Shown: positions 19,910 to 28,068 of the stretch, piece by piece
Layout: every line of letters starts with the position of its first letter
Numbering within the stretch: the stretch's first letter is position 1
Source of the DNA: an uncultured Chloroflexia bacterium
GTDB lineage: Bacteria > Chloroflexota > Dehalococcoidia > GIF9 > UBA5629
Direction of reading: 5' to 3'
Assembly: GCA_963784375.1 (NCBI GenBank)
Contig: CAWAQY010000001.1
Span: forward strand, 219,788 to 283,787
DNA: 64,000 nt
Made by a program: the position numbers and the translations under genes
The notes under the pieces: generated by a model
What the model was told of the DNA's origin: nothing
The model's database searches: none
The model's input: only the letters and a program-made list of their open reading frames with translations

Positions 19910-21098
19910 TCAAGTTGAAAGCACCCCATAGTCGTTGATTTTTACGATATGACCCTTTCCGCTACTTCCACTGCTGCCTCCAGCATTGCTGCCTCCACTG
20001 TTGCCACCGGCATTGCTGCTTCCACTGTTGCCACCAGCATGTACTGCCTCCAGCATTGCTGCTTCCACTGTTGCCACCGGCATTGCTGCTTCCACTATTG
20101 CCACCGGCATTGCTGCTTCCACTGTTGCCACCGGCATTGCTGCTTCCACTGTTGCCACCGGCATTGCTGCTTCCACTGTTGCCACCGGCATTGCTGCTTC
20201 CACTGTTGCCACCGGCATTGCTGCTTCCACTGTTGCCACCGGCATTGCTGCTTCCACTGTTGCCACCGGCATTGCTGCTTCCACTGTTGCCACCGGCATT
20301 GCTGCTGCTACTGTTGCCACCGGCATTGCTGCTGCTACTGTTGCCACCGGCATTGCTGCTTCCAGAATTTTTGGACTCATTTTTTCCTTCACTGTTGTTC
20401 TTATTTTGGCTATTGCTATCTTCTTTGCTCTGACCGTTCTCTTTACCAGTATCCTGTTTATTGTTTATGCTCTGGTCCTGGCTTTTACTTGGAGTCGGTG
20501 GAGCCTTACCCTGATCTACTGTTACTGAATGCTCCGGCGGTACAAGTACCGTAGTATTCTGGGCATCTACAGCAACAAGCCCCTGAAAAGTTTGAGTCGT
20601 CGTTGCACCAGTTAAACTAGCATCAACCATAAAATATGTCCCACGAACTGCAGCATGGCAGGAAGGAGTAAAAATTTCGTATTTTGATCCCGCGTTAACC
20701 ATTTTTACAACCCTATTCCACGTCTTGCCCCAAAACTGAGATATGATAGTGACTACGGATTTATCAGGTGAATAATCGACCTGCTGAATCAGAATATAAG
20801 TATCAGGGCCGAGTTCCATTGCACTTCCGTCTAAGAAGGTAATTACAGCACTTGCATCCGATGCGGTTTTAACCTTTGCTCCTGCTTGTAAAGTAGTATC
20901 ACCGACAACTTTTCTCCAGTTAAAAGAACCGAAATCCAGTACGTCGACTGTCCCGGATTTAACTTCAAGGGAACAACCGGAGTTATCTGCTGATACTGGT
21001 AATGGCCCTGCAAGAATATTACCTAGTAGTAAACATCCTGTAGTGATTATGCAAGCTAAAATGGTCAATGCATCAAATCGAAACAATTTAATATTCAT
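19910..21098 (-). CDS. Secreted FecR-domain protein with a C-terminal (GNSGSSNAG)n repeat tail, one frame disruption inside the repeat
   Basis: Has a signal/anchor (MNIKLFRFDALTILACIITTGCLLL) and a FecR-like core (..GTVDVLDFGSFNWRKVVGDTTLQAGAKVKTASDASAVITFLDGSAMELGPDT..). The repeat tail continues in the frame of ORF 19910..20392 to ..GKGHIVKINDYGVLST*. Confidence 0.75.
19961..20364. repeat. 27-bp tandem repeat: 14 full units, one 16-nt truncated unit and a 10-nt end
   Basis: Unit GCTGCTTCCACTGTTGCCACCGGCATT, counted unit by unit from 19961. The truncated unit at 20042-20057 breaks the reading frame. All frames on both strands are open, which generates the overlapping ORF-track entries. Confidence 0.95.
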
Positions 21099-21222
21099 GA
21101 TTCAGCCTCCAGGGTATTGGTCATGTATACGAATTATCTATGACTATTGTCTGATTTTGAATAGCCACATGGTCATGGAAACTATAGGACTTAAGTACAT
21201 AGTAAATTAGTAGTAATCAGAC

Positions 21223-21261
21223 ACTCTGTCCCTTCTTCAACCAATGATGAAGGGACAGAGT
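21223..21261. other. 13-bp perfect inverted repeat (hairpin) in the intergenic region upstream of the FecR-like gene
   Basis: ACTCTGTCCCTTC, 13-nt loop, GAAGGGACAGAGT. No U-tract follows on either strand, so the function is unknown. Confidence 0.5.
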
Positions 21262-21489
21262 TAAATGATCTTCCGTATTCATGATGTTGATGTAGCGATT
21301 AACTGCGTAATCAAAAGGAAAATTATAACTGTGCTTGAAGGAGAATATTCATTAACTAATCAATCTATTGATGTCAAAAAGCAAAGGAAAAACTGGTAAC
21401 GTCTGTGTTTATCTGTGCTAACTGTAAAAGTTCGCGTAGATTGTATTAAACGGTATATGATGGGATAGGACTGGATTTTGGACTCATCA

Positions 21490-21528
21490 TCCGAAGACCG
21501 ATGCTCTGGTCCGCTGAGCTATAGGCGC
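21490..21528 (-). pseudogene. Truncated tRNA-Arg-like gene: 5' half only, ending in the anticodon loop
   Basis: GCGCCTATAGCTCAGCGGACCAGAGCATCGGTCTTCGGA matches the first 39 nt of the tRNA-Arg at 15613..15689 (about 85% identity). Downstream sequence cannot form the 3' anticodon stem or a T-arm. Confidence 0.65.
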
Positions 21529-21561
21529 AATATATAATAAGTTTGAAGTTGTAATCAGGTT

Positions 21562-21639
21562 TGGGGTGAACGGAGGGATTTGAACCCTCGATCTCCAGGG
21601 CCACAACCTGGCGCCTTAAACCACTGGGCTACGCTCACC
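21562..21639 (-). tRNA. tRNA-His, anticodon GUG, with G-1 and encoded CCA
   Basis: Manual fold: extra 5' G, acceptor GTGAGCG/CGTTCAC, anticodon stem CCAGG/CCTGG with loop TTGTGGC, T-arm GAGGG-TTCAAAT-CCCTC, discriminator C, CCA. Confidence 0.85.
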
Positions 21640-21700
21640 ATGAATAACAACCAACAATTATAGCTTAACAGTTGAATCATATTCAATCTTCTGCCCCTGC

Positions 21701-21774
21701 TCTTCAAAATGAAGGGAGTGGGGTTATTTTCGAAGGGGCAAGCCCCTTCGAGCTTCCTCAGAGTCCCGATTACC
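21701..21774. repeat. Copy A of a ~70-nt direct repeat containing a perfect 9-bp hairpin
   Basis: TCTTCAAAATGAAGGGAGTGGGGTTATTTTCGAAGGGGCAAGCCCCTTCGAGCTTCCTC..GATTACC; the hairpin is TCGAAGGGG-CAAG-CCCCTTCGA. Confidence 0.8.
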
Positions 21775-21815
21775 TGGTTATGATTGGGCACGATAAGTCA
21801 ATCTCATGTCACTAG

Positions 21816-21884
21816 TCTTCAATTTGAAGGGAGTGGAGTGACTTTCGAAGGGGCAAGCCCGCTTCGAGCTTCCTCTGGATTACC
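21816..21884. repeat. Copy B of the same direct repeat
   Basis: TCTTCAATTTGAAGGGAGTGGAGTGACTTTCGAAGGGGCAAGCCCGCTTCGAGCTTCCTC..GATTACC, about 85% identical to copy A and in the same orientation. Confidence 0.8.
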
Positions 21885-21889
21885 GGCTA

Positions 21890-21918
21890 TTGACAACCAG
21901 TGTCAACAATACTACAAT
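21890..21918 (+). promoter_or_regulatory. Candidate sigma70-type promoter for the usp-trkA operon
   Basis: TTGACA (21890-21895), 17 nt, TACAAT (21913-21918), 55 nt before the ATG at 21973. The -35 box is part of the inverted repeat TTGACA..TGTCAA. Confidence 0.4.
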
Positions 21919-21972
21919 TCGCCTTCGTTGCAGATAAGTTTCTGCAGTGATAAGATAAGACGCTATCCGGGT

Positions 21973-22410
21973 ATGAAATTACATAGAATATTAGTAGCCA
22001 CTCGGGGAAGTGCCGAGGGTGACGAAGCGGTACAATTAGCCTGCGACCTTGCTAAAAAACCCAAAGCAGAAATATATATCGTTTATGTTATTGAGGTGAA
22101 CCGTAATTTGCCGCTGGATGCTGTGGTAGAAGCCGATATCGAGAAAGCAGAAAAAGTTCTGACTCAGGTTGAAAATATTGCCGCAGCGAATAAATCTGAA
22201 GTGCAGACGAACATTATTCAGTCACGCGAGGCAGGCCCGGCGATAATTGACGAAGCGAGAGAGAAGAAAGCCGATTTGATAATAATGGGCTTACCTTATA
22301 AGAAGCGTTTCGGTGCATTTGACCTGGGCAAAACAGTGCCCTATATTTTAGAAGAAGCACCCTGCCGTGTTATATTGATTAGAGATCCGGTTGTTCGGGA
22401 AGAAGTATGA
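21973..22410 (+). CDS. Universal stress protein (UspA family)
   Basis: MKLHRILVATRGSAEGDEAV..ADLIIMG..GKTVPYILEEAPCRVILIR. The upstream part of ORF 21784..22410 is repeat-derived, so I chose the start at 21973. Confidence 0.8.
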   Translation: MKLHRILVATRGSAEGDEAVQLACDLAKKPKAEIYIVYVIEVNRNLPLDAVVEADIEKAEKVLTQVENIAAANKSEVQTNIIQSREAGPAIIDEAREKKADLIIMGLPYKKRFGAFDLGKTVPYILEEAPCRVILIRDPVVREEV

Positions 22411-22808
22411 AAATAGTTATTATGGGTTGCGGCCGCGTCGGAGCCCAGCTTGCAGCTATGCTGGACAATGAAAGCAACACAGTCACTGTCATAGATACCA
22501 ATAAACTGAGTTTCCGAAGATTGCCTCCAAAGTTCAACGGCACCTCATTGCTGGGCAACGGCACTGATATGGATACCCTCAAAAAAGCCGGTATAGAGGA
22601 GGCCGATGCTTTTGTTGCGGTCACCGAAGGCGATAACCGCAATATCATGGCAGCACAAATAGCCAAACACGTCTTTAAGGTACCAAGAGTCATGTGCAGA
22701 ATATACGACCCCCTTCGTAAAGACGTGTACGAAATCGTTGGAATTGAAGCAATCAGCCCCACGACTGTGTTTGCCCAGATATTAAAGGACAAATTACTCA
22801 ACAGGTGA
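22407..22808 (+). CDS. TrkA-N (RCK N-terminal, NAD-binding) domain protein
   Basis: MKIVIMGCGRVGAQLA Rossmann motif, 133 aa. The start overlaps the usp stop (ATGA). Confidence 0.8.
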   Translation: MKIVIMGCGRVGAQLAAMLDNESNTVTVIDTNKLSFRRLPPKFNGTSLLGNGTDMDTLKKAGIEEADAFVAVTEGDNRNIMAAQIAKHVFKVPRVMCRIYDPLRKDVYEIVGIEAISPTTVFAQILKDKLLNR

Positions 22809-22815
22809 TAATAGT

Positions 22816-23475
22816 ATGTATATCATTATAGTCGGCGGAGGAAGCGTAGGTTATTATTTATGTCAGGCGCTCCTTAAAGAGGGACAAGAAGTACTGGTAC
22901 TGGAAAAGGACCCTGCAAAATGCGCCCGGTTTGAAGATGACCTGGGCAGCGTCTGCGTCAGAGGAGACGGCTGCGAAGTATCGACTCTTGCTGATGCCGG
23001 AGCCGGTAGAGCCGACGTTTTCATTGCCACCACAAATGAGGATGAAGATAACCTTGTGGCCTGCCAGGTGGCCAAGTATAAATTTAAGGTACCCCGCACA
23101 ATCGCCAGGGTCAGCAACCCTAAAAATGAAGAGGTATTCAAAAAACTGGGCATAGACTGCAGTGTAGTGGTAACCAACCTTATATTGAAAAACATTGAAG
23201 AGGAAATACCCACTCATCCCCTGGTTCATCTGGTAACTATGGCAGAAGAGGGTGCAGGGATCGTAGAAATCAAAATAGAAGAAAATTCGAAAGCCGTTGG
23301 TAAGTCCATTAAAGAACTACACCTTCCCAAGGACTCCATTCTGGCATTATTGATACGTAATGGAGAAAAGCCCCGGGTGCCCTCTCAGGACACTATCCTG
23401 GAAGCGAACGATCGATTTATTGCGTTGACCAGTCTGGACAATGAAGACGATCTCCGCAAAGCATTGATTAATTGA
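22816..23475 (+). CDS. trkA: Potassium uptake regulatory protein TrkA/KtrA (RCK N + C domains)
   Basis: MYIIIVGGGSVGYYL Rossmann motif plus a TrkA-C-like C-terminal half, 219 aa. Confidence 0.8.
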   Translation: MYIIIVGGGSVGYYLCQALLKEGQEVLVLEKDPAKCARFEDDLGSVCVRGDGCEVSTLADAGAGRADVFIATTNEDEDNLVACQVAKYKFKVPRTIARVSNPKNEEVFKKLGIDCSVVVTNLILKNIEEEIPTHPLVHLVTMAEEGAGIVEIKIEENSKAVGKSIKELHLPKDSILALLIRNGEKPRVPSQDTILEANDRFIALTSLDNEDDLRKALIN

Positions 23476-23490
23476 ATTAAAGGATGAAAG

Positions 23491-24308
23491 ATGACAAAGG
23501 CTGCATTTCAGGGTGAACCGGGAGCTTTCAGCGAGGATGCCATCCTCAGTTTTTTCAAATATGCTGAGACAGTTCCATGTAAGTCATTCCGTGATGTTTT
23601 TGAAGCTGTTTCCAATGATACCACTGATTTTGGAGCGGTACCCGTAGAAAATTCATTTGCAGGAAGCATTAATGAAACTTACGATTTGCTGCTCGAATAT
23701 CCTCTTAATATCTTCAGGGAAATAAATATGAAGATTAACCACTGCTTATTAGCCCTCCCCGGGGAGACTCTATCGAGCATATCTAAAGTTTATTCCCACC
23801 CCATGGCAATAGCTCAATGCCGGGAATTCTTGAACAAGACGAAAATAGAAGTGATTCCCGATTATAATACCGCGGTAAGCGCCAGAAGGGTTAAAGAGGA
23901 AGGAGTTCCAGGGACACGCTGCCATTGCCAGCAAGCGGTCTGCCCAAATCTACGGGCTGGATATAATAGCGGAAAATATCGAAACAAGCTCCACCAACTA
24001 TACCAAGTTCTTTATTATCTCCAAGAAAACTGCTGAGCGCGCAACGAAGAATAAAACTTCCGTAGTATTCTCAACCAAAAATACCGCCGGATCGCTCTAC
24101 GGTATTTTAGGAACGTTTGCCACCAGAAATGTCAATCTCACTAAACTGGAATCAAGACCCAGCAGAGACTCAACTTTGGGAATACATCTTTTACGTGGAT
24201 TTCGAAGGACATTCAAAAGACAAAATCTGTCAGGAAGCCCTGGCAGAACTCAAAACCAAAACAAACTTCCTGAAAATACTGGGCTCCTACCCATTTGCCG
24301 AACTTTAG
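23491..24308 (+). CDS. pheA: Prephenate dehydratase, two frame disruptions
   Basis: The PDT domain (AFQGEPGAFSE..VPVENSFAGSI..) continues as AAIASKRSAQIYGLDIIAENIE..TKFFIISK after about 23920. The ACT domain (..LYGILGTFATRNVNLTKLESRP/AETQLWEYIFYVDFEGH) continues after about 24163. Confidence 0.85.
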
Positions 24309-24318
24309 TTTTCGCCCG

Positions 24319-24805
24319 TTATAAACCGGCAATCCCCTCCTTGAGTCTTTTATAGGTCATCGGTAACGATTCCGGGAGCACTTTGGTATCGGAAATCACC
24401 GGCATAAAATTGGCATCTCCCTGCCACCGCGGAACAATATGTGTGTGGATATGGTCAGCCACTCCTGCACCGGCAGTCCTGCCTAAATTCATTCCGGTAT
24501 TGAAACCTGTGGGTTGGTAAACTTTTTTGAGCAATTTTATACTCATTTTTACCAGATCAAGATGTTCTTTTGATTCGGCATCAGTCAAGTCTTCAAGTTT
24601 TCCAATATGTCTATAAGGCACTACCATCAAATGACCCGAATTATAGGGATAGGCATTCAAGATAATGAAATTGCATTCTCCCCGAAAAAGAATCAGATTC
24701 TTTTCATCCTCTTTCTCCCTGGGAAGCTGGCATAAAAAGCATCCGTTCTTAGATTCGCCTTTCAATAATGAATCCTATGCGCCATGGAGCCCACATTCGG
24801 TTCAT
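24319..24805 (-). CDS. HIT-family nucleotide hydrolase/transferase, one frame disruption near the N-terminus
   Basis: Has the histidine triad HIHTHIVPR. The true N-terminus MNRMWAPWRIGFIIE (GGAGG RBS, start 24805) joins KGESKNGCFLC near 24765. Confidence 0.8.
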
Positions 24806-24935
24806 GCCTGCCTCCTGCAAATACGTCGGTAACTTAAGCATAAATTAGCTTCAGGTATTATACCCGATACATAAACCTAAATCATATTCGACATTGTTTG
24901 TCTTTACCCTGAGTAGTTGTTAGTATATAACTAAC

Positions 24936-25808
24936 ATGAATGTAGGCGCTTTCCAGATCGATGAACCCGTTCCGAACCTGAATAAGCCTCATGCCTTCGT
25001 AATACTGCGACCGTGGATAGATGCCGGCGGAGTCGGCAGTCTGACCATGAACTTGTTGGAGGATACATTTCAGGCCCGCCCACTGGGACGATTGTCTAAG
25101 CCGGGCAACTATTATGACTTCACCCGATACAGGCCTAATATCCGACGTGTTGATGACAGACGCATTGTGGACATACCCAATACTAGAATCTTCTATGGAC
25201 ATGGACAGGGCAGCAACGACCTCGTATTCATTCACCTGCTCGAGCCTCATATGGCTGGTGAATATTTTTCTCGAATCAGTATTCAAAGTATTACAATTGC
25301 TCGGTGTTGAAAGGTATTGTCTGATTGGGAAGCATGTACGATTCTGTCCCGCATACCAAACCGCTTCTCGTAAGCGGGTACTCTAGCCGTCATCTCGTAG
25401 AAGAGTTACAAAGGCTGAATGTGCATCAATCTCACTACGAAGGTCCTACCACCATAACAATGTTGACCTCCCAGGAGGCAGAGAAGAATAATATCGAAGT
25501 CCATGAGCTTGATAGTACACTTACCTCAATATGCTCAGCTGGAAGAAGATTATTCCGGACACCTGCGGCTTCTAGAGGTACTCTGCGGATTATACAATTT
25601 CTCCATAGACCTGACCTCGATAAAAAATAAAGCCGAAAAGCAGCTCGAGAAGATTAATGAAGCGATGAAAAGCGAAAAACAACTCGAGCTATTGGTGAGG
25701 GAATTGGAAATGGTATACGAAGGCCGAATGAGTGCCAGTACCGAAAATACACCCAGGCTTTCACCGGAAATAGAAAATTTTCTCCGTGAAATAAGCAAGC
25801 GTTTTTAA
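24936..25808 (+). CDS. PAC2-family (proteasome assembly chaperone-like) protein, about 3 frame disruptions
   Basis: Fragments 24936.., 25114.., 25325.. and 25503..25808 read through as one PAC2-like protein (..ILRPWIDAGGVGS.., ..CLIGSMYDSVPHTKP.., ..EGPTTITMLT.., ..VHLPQYAQLEEDY..). Confidence 0.65.
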
Positions 25809-25835
25809 TAATTTACTATAGTATGTCACACCATT

Positions 25836-26217
25836 ATGGAAGAATAGTACTTGCTTTTATCTTTGCCTGCACTTCTCTTTCAAAGTGCAGCCTGTACTCC
25901 CCCCGCGGCAGACAAAGATGTCGACGGCAGCCCGCGGTGCACCCGTTACCGGCTCGCCAATGTACCTGACAGGACAGGTAGAGTGGATTGCCAGAGCCTT
26001 TAGCCCTGAGTGCCGGGTTAAAAAAACAGACGTGGTGATGACCGGCGGCTGATGCGCCACAGATCCTGCTTCTCTGTATGAGGAGTCTAATCCGATAATC
26101 ACTGCAGAATACCTGGGCAATGGAATCTGGAGCGTAAAGAAAGTATGCTCCATTAATTCTATGTATAGCCAGTCATGGTATTTTTATGAAGATACCGGAG
26201 ACCTTGTGCTTAAATAG
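25836..26217 (+). CDS. Candidate small lipoprotein, about 2 frame disruptions, absent from the ORF track
   Basis: Plus-strand pieces: ..LLLSLPALLFQSAAC (lipobox), TPPAADKDVDG, ..SPMYLTGQVEWIARAFSPECRVKKTDVVMTGG, ..DPASLYEESNPIITAEYLGNGIWSVKKVCSINSMYSQSWYFYEDTGDLVLK*. The start is uncertain. Confidence 0.3.
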
Positions 26218-26356
26218 CAGTTTTCGCCGTCCATGGATAGCACATTTCTTATAAAAAGCAACAAAACTGGCTGATAAAATTAGGGTTTTAGCCAATATTT
26301 TGTCAACACATATTGACATTGTTCCATAACATTGCTATCTTTGATTGTAATCAGAT

Positions 26357-27205
26357 ATGTCAAATACTGATTTAGTCATTACGACAAGAGGAAAAATCCC
26401 CGGGGGAGCTAAAAGCGAGATAGTCAATACGTTCAAAGATTGCTATCGTAAATTCGGCTCCAGATCTCCTTATAAAGTCGAGCTTCTGATTACAGAAACT
26501 GAAGGAATCCGGCGTGATTCCCTCCGTGAGGAACAATCCAGGCTGGGGAGAACAACAATTGAAGATGTCGATGAAGTTTGTTCCCATCATACCTGGAGCG
26601 GTCATATCACTGTCAACGTATCCGTCGAAAGATTGGGAGAGTTCTCCAAGCTGGCACGCCAGGGTGCTTTAAGACATGAAGCAGCCCACTCTATTCTGCA
26701 TGGCTCACTGGAATATAACATCTTCAGAATCCCCGACGATTGCCGCCAGATGGCTTCGGTCAAAGGCATAAACCCGGATGTGTTAGAACACGTCATCCGT
26801 AATCTCTCTTCGGCTATTAAAGAGTGTGAAGTGAGTAAATTCCTGATTTCCCACGATTTTATCGATTGTCAGGCAGCCTTTATTCTGGAATGGATTCAAC
26901 CTCAGAGCGACAAAAATACTTTGCGATCCGCAAAGATGGATCGCCAGGCAAGATTTACGCACCTGACTTCACTATTAAAACCTATACTTCTTGCTGACCC
27001 TCTATTAGCAATACCAAAATCCAGAAAGATATCTCTGGAACGTCAGGTTTTACTGGGCAGAAAAATAGAAGAAATGATCGAACATCTCACTGATTATGAA
27101 CAGAACAAAATACTTCAAGTGGCAAGTTCAATTTCAACTGGTGTTAACGGAGATACTCATGACAATGTTGACTCTGCTTTACACCAGGCGATGACCATGG
27201 CCTGA
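26357..27205 (+). CDS. Uncharacterised protein with an HExxH motif (HEAAHSILH)
   Basis: Intact 282-aa ORF. I recognise no family; the only recognisable element is RHEAAHSILHG. Confidence 0.45.
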   Translation: MSNTDLVITTRGKIPGGAKSEIVNTFKDCYRKFGSRSPYKVELLITETEGIRRDSLREEQSRLGRTTIEDVDEVCSHHTWSGHITVNVSVERLGEFSKLARQGALRHEAAHSILHGSLEYNIFRIPDDCRQMASVKGINPDVLEHVIRNLSSAIKECEVSKFLISHDFIDCQAAFILEWIQPQSDKNTLRSAKMDRQARFTHLTSLLKPILLADPLLAIPKSRKISLERQVLLGRKIEEMIEHLTDYEQNKILQVASSISTGVNGDTHDNVDSALHQAMTMA

Positions 27206-27305
27206 GTCCCTAGCCCTCATGTTCACAACCCACAAATAACGATTAGCTTTTGTTATTCTTTTACCTTATAATTTTTGTTATAGAGAACAATTGTGAATTT
27301 ATAGT

Positions 27306-27977
27306 ATGGAAATAGATGAGAAAATCCAGTACACCATTGCCCATACCGAGGTGCTGAGATCACCAAAACAAAATCTGGCCACTTTCGGTATCACCAATAT
27401 TTACTATTACCTGATTACCGAATTAATAGAGAGCACAAGTATAGTGAGAGAAGGAAGAGTGATTGCTGCCAAACCCAGGATAGTTACCCCGGCTTACCTG
27501 ATCAATTTAGAAGGATTCAGCGGCCAGGCAAAAAGATATATTGAAATGATTGCAGAAAAAGATCCTCATGAAGCCGGCATATTCTATTCTTACAAAAATG
27601 AACCCAAAGAAATGAACATTGTATCCGACCCGTTGGGTAAAGTAGTGGAAAAGATCGGTCAGCAGATAGACAGCAACGGAGATCCTCTTACCGCCATCAT
27701 TAAAGGTGTGGAGGATATGTGGGATGTTTCCTTGCTTAAATTCACCTATGAACTGACCAACAAATCCGTATACACAAATGTTGCCGAGATGGGAAGAAGA
27801 GGACTCTTGAGGATGGATAATGAGGGAATCCCTGCCGATGCCAGAAAAAACATTGAAGAATTATTTGAAAAAACCCGCAGGGATTCTTCTTTCGCGCCAA
27901 TCCTGGTTGCTGAACTGAATCGATGGGGATTATTCCATCAATATCAGGACAGATTTCTTAGTTTATTTAAGAAATAG
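27306..27977 (+). CDS. Uncharacterised conserved-looking protein
   Basis: Intact 223-aa ORF with balanced composition, co-directional with 26357..27205. No motif recognised. Confidence 0.45.
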   Translation: MEIDEKIQYTIAHTEVLRSPKQNLATFGITNIYYYLITELIESTSIVREGRVIAAKPRIVTPAYLINLEGFSGQAKRYIEMIAEKDPHEAGIFYSYKNEPKEMNIVSDPLGKVVEKIGQQIDSNGDPLTAIIKGVEDMWDVSLLKFTYELTNKSVYTNVAEMGRRGLLRMDNEGIPADARKNIEELFEKTRRDSSFAPILVAELNRWGLFHQYQDRFLSLFKK

Positions 27978-28025
27978 TCAGCCATCATGTAATAATTGCT
28001 GGCGCGATGAGCTGGAATCCTCAAG

Positions 28026-28055
28026 TTGACCTTTCGAACAGGCTGTCCATATAAT
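28026..28055 (+). promoter_or_regulatory. Candidate promoter for mtaB (would give a very short leader)
   Basis: TTGACC (28026-28031), 18 nt, TATAAT (28050-28055). The ATG at 28069 is only 13 nt downstream and has no Shine-Dalgarno sequence. Confidence 0.3.
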
Positions 28056-28068
28056 TCCCCTGGTTGAT

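Noticed and set aside
19961-20364. Possible CRISPR array, because of the regular 27-bp periodicity
   Set aside because: The units are contiguous with no spacers, they lie inside a coding region, and no cas genes are present.
19949-20554. Long ORFs in several frames and on both strands across 19.9-20.5 kb (19949..20554, 19986..20528, 20056..20433 and part of 19910..20392), rich in C/H/L/P or A/T/V
   Set aside because: They are read-through of the stop-free 27-bp tandem repeat. Only the minus-strand frame continuous with the FecR-like domain (GNSGSSNAG repeats) is credible.
21264-21398. 44-aa plus-strand ORF (MIFRIHDVDVAINCVIKRKIITVLEGEYSLTNQSIDVKKQRKNW) inside the islet's upstream intergenic region
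   Set aside because: It is too short, has no RBS, and shows no recognisable motif. I noted it only because integrase or excisionase remnants were being sought at the islet edge.
21455-21528. Attempt to fold the tRNA-Arg-like sequence as a complete, possibly intron-containing or unusual tRNA
   Set aside because: After the anticodon loop the sequence (TGATGAGTCCAAAATCCAGTCC..) cannot pair with the 5' anticodon stem. It provides no GTTCGAATC-type T-arm or 3' acceptor strand within 400 nt, so only the 5' half is present.
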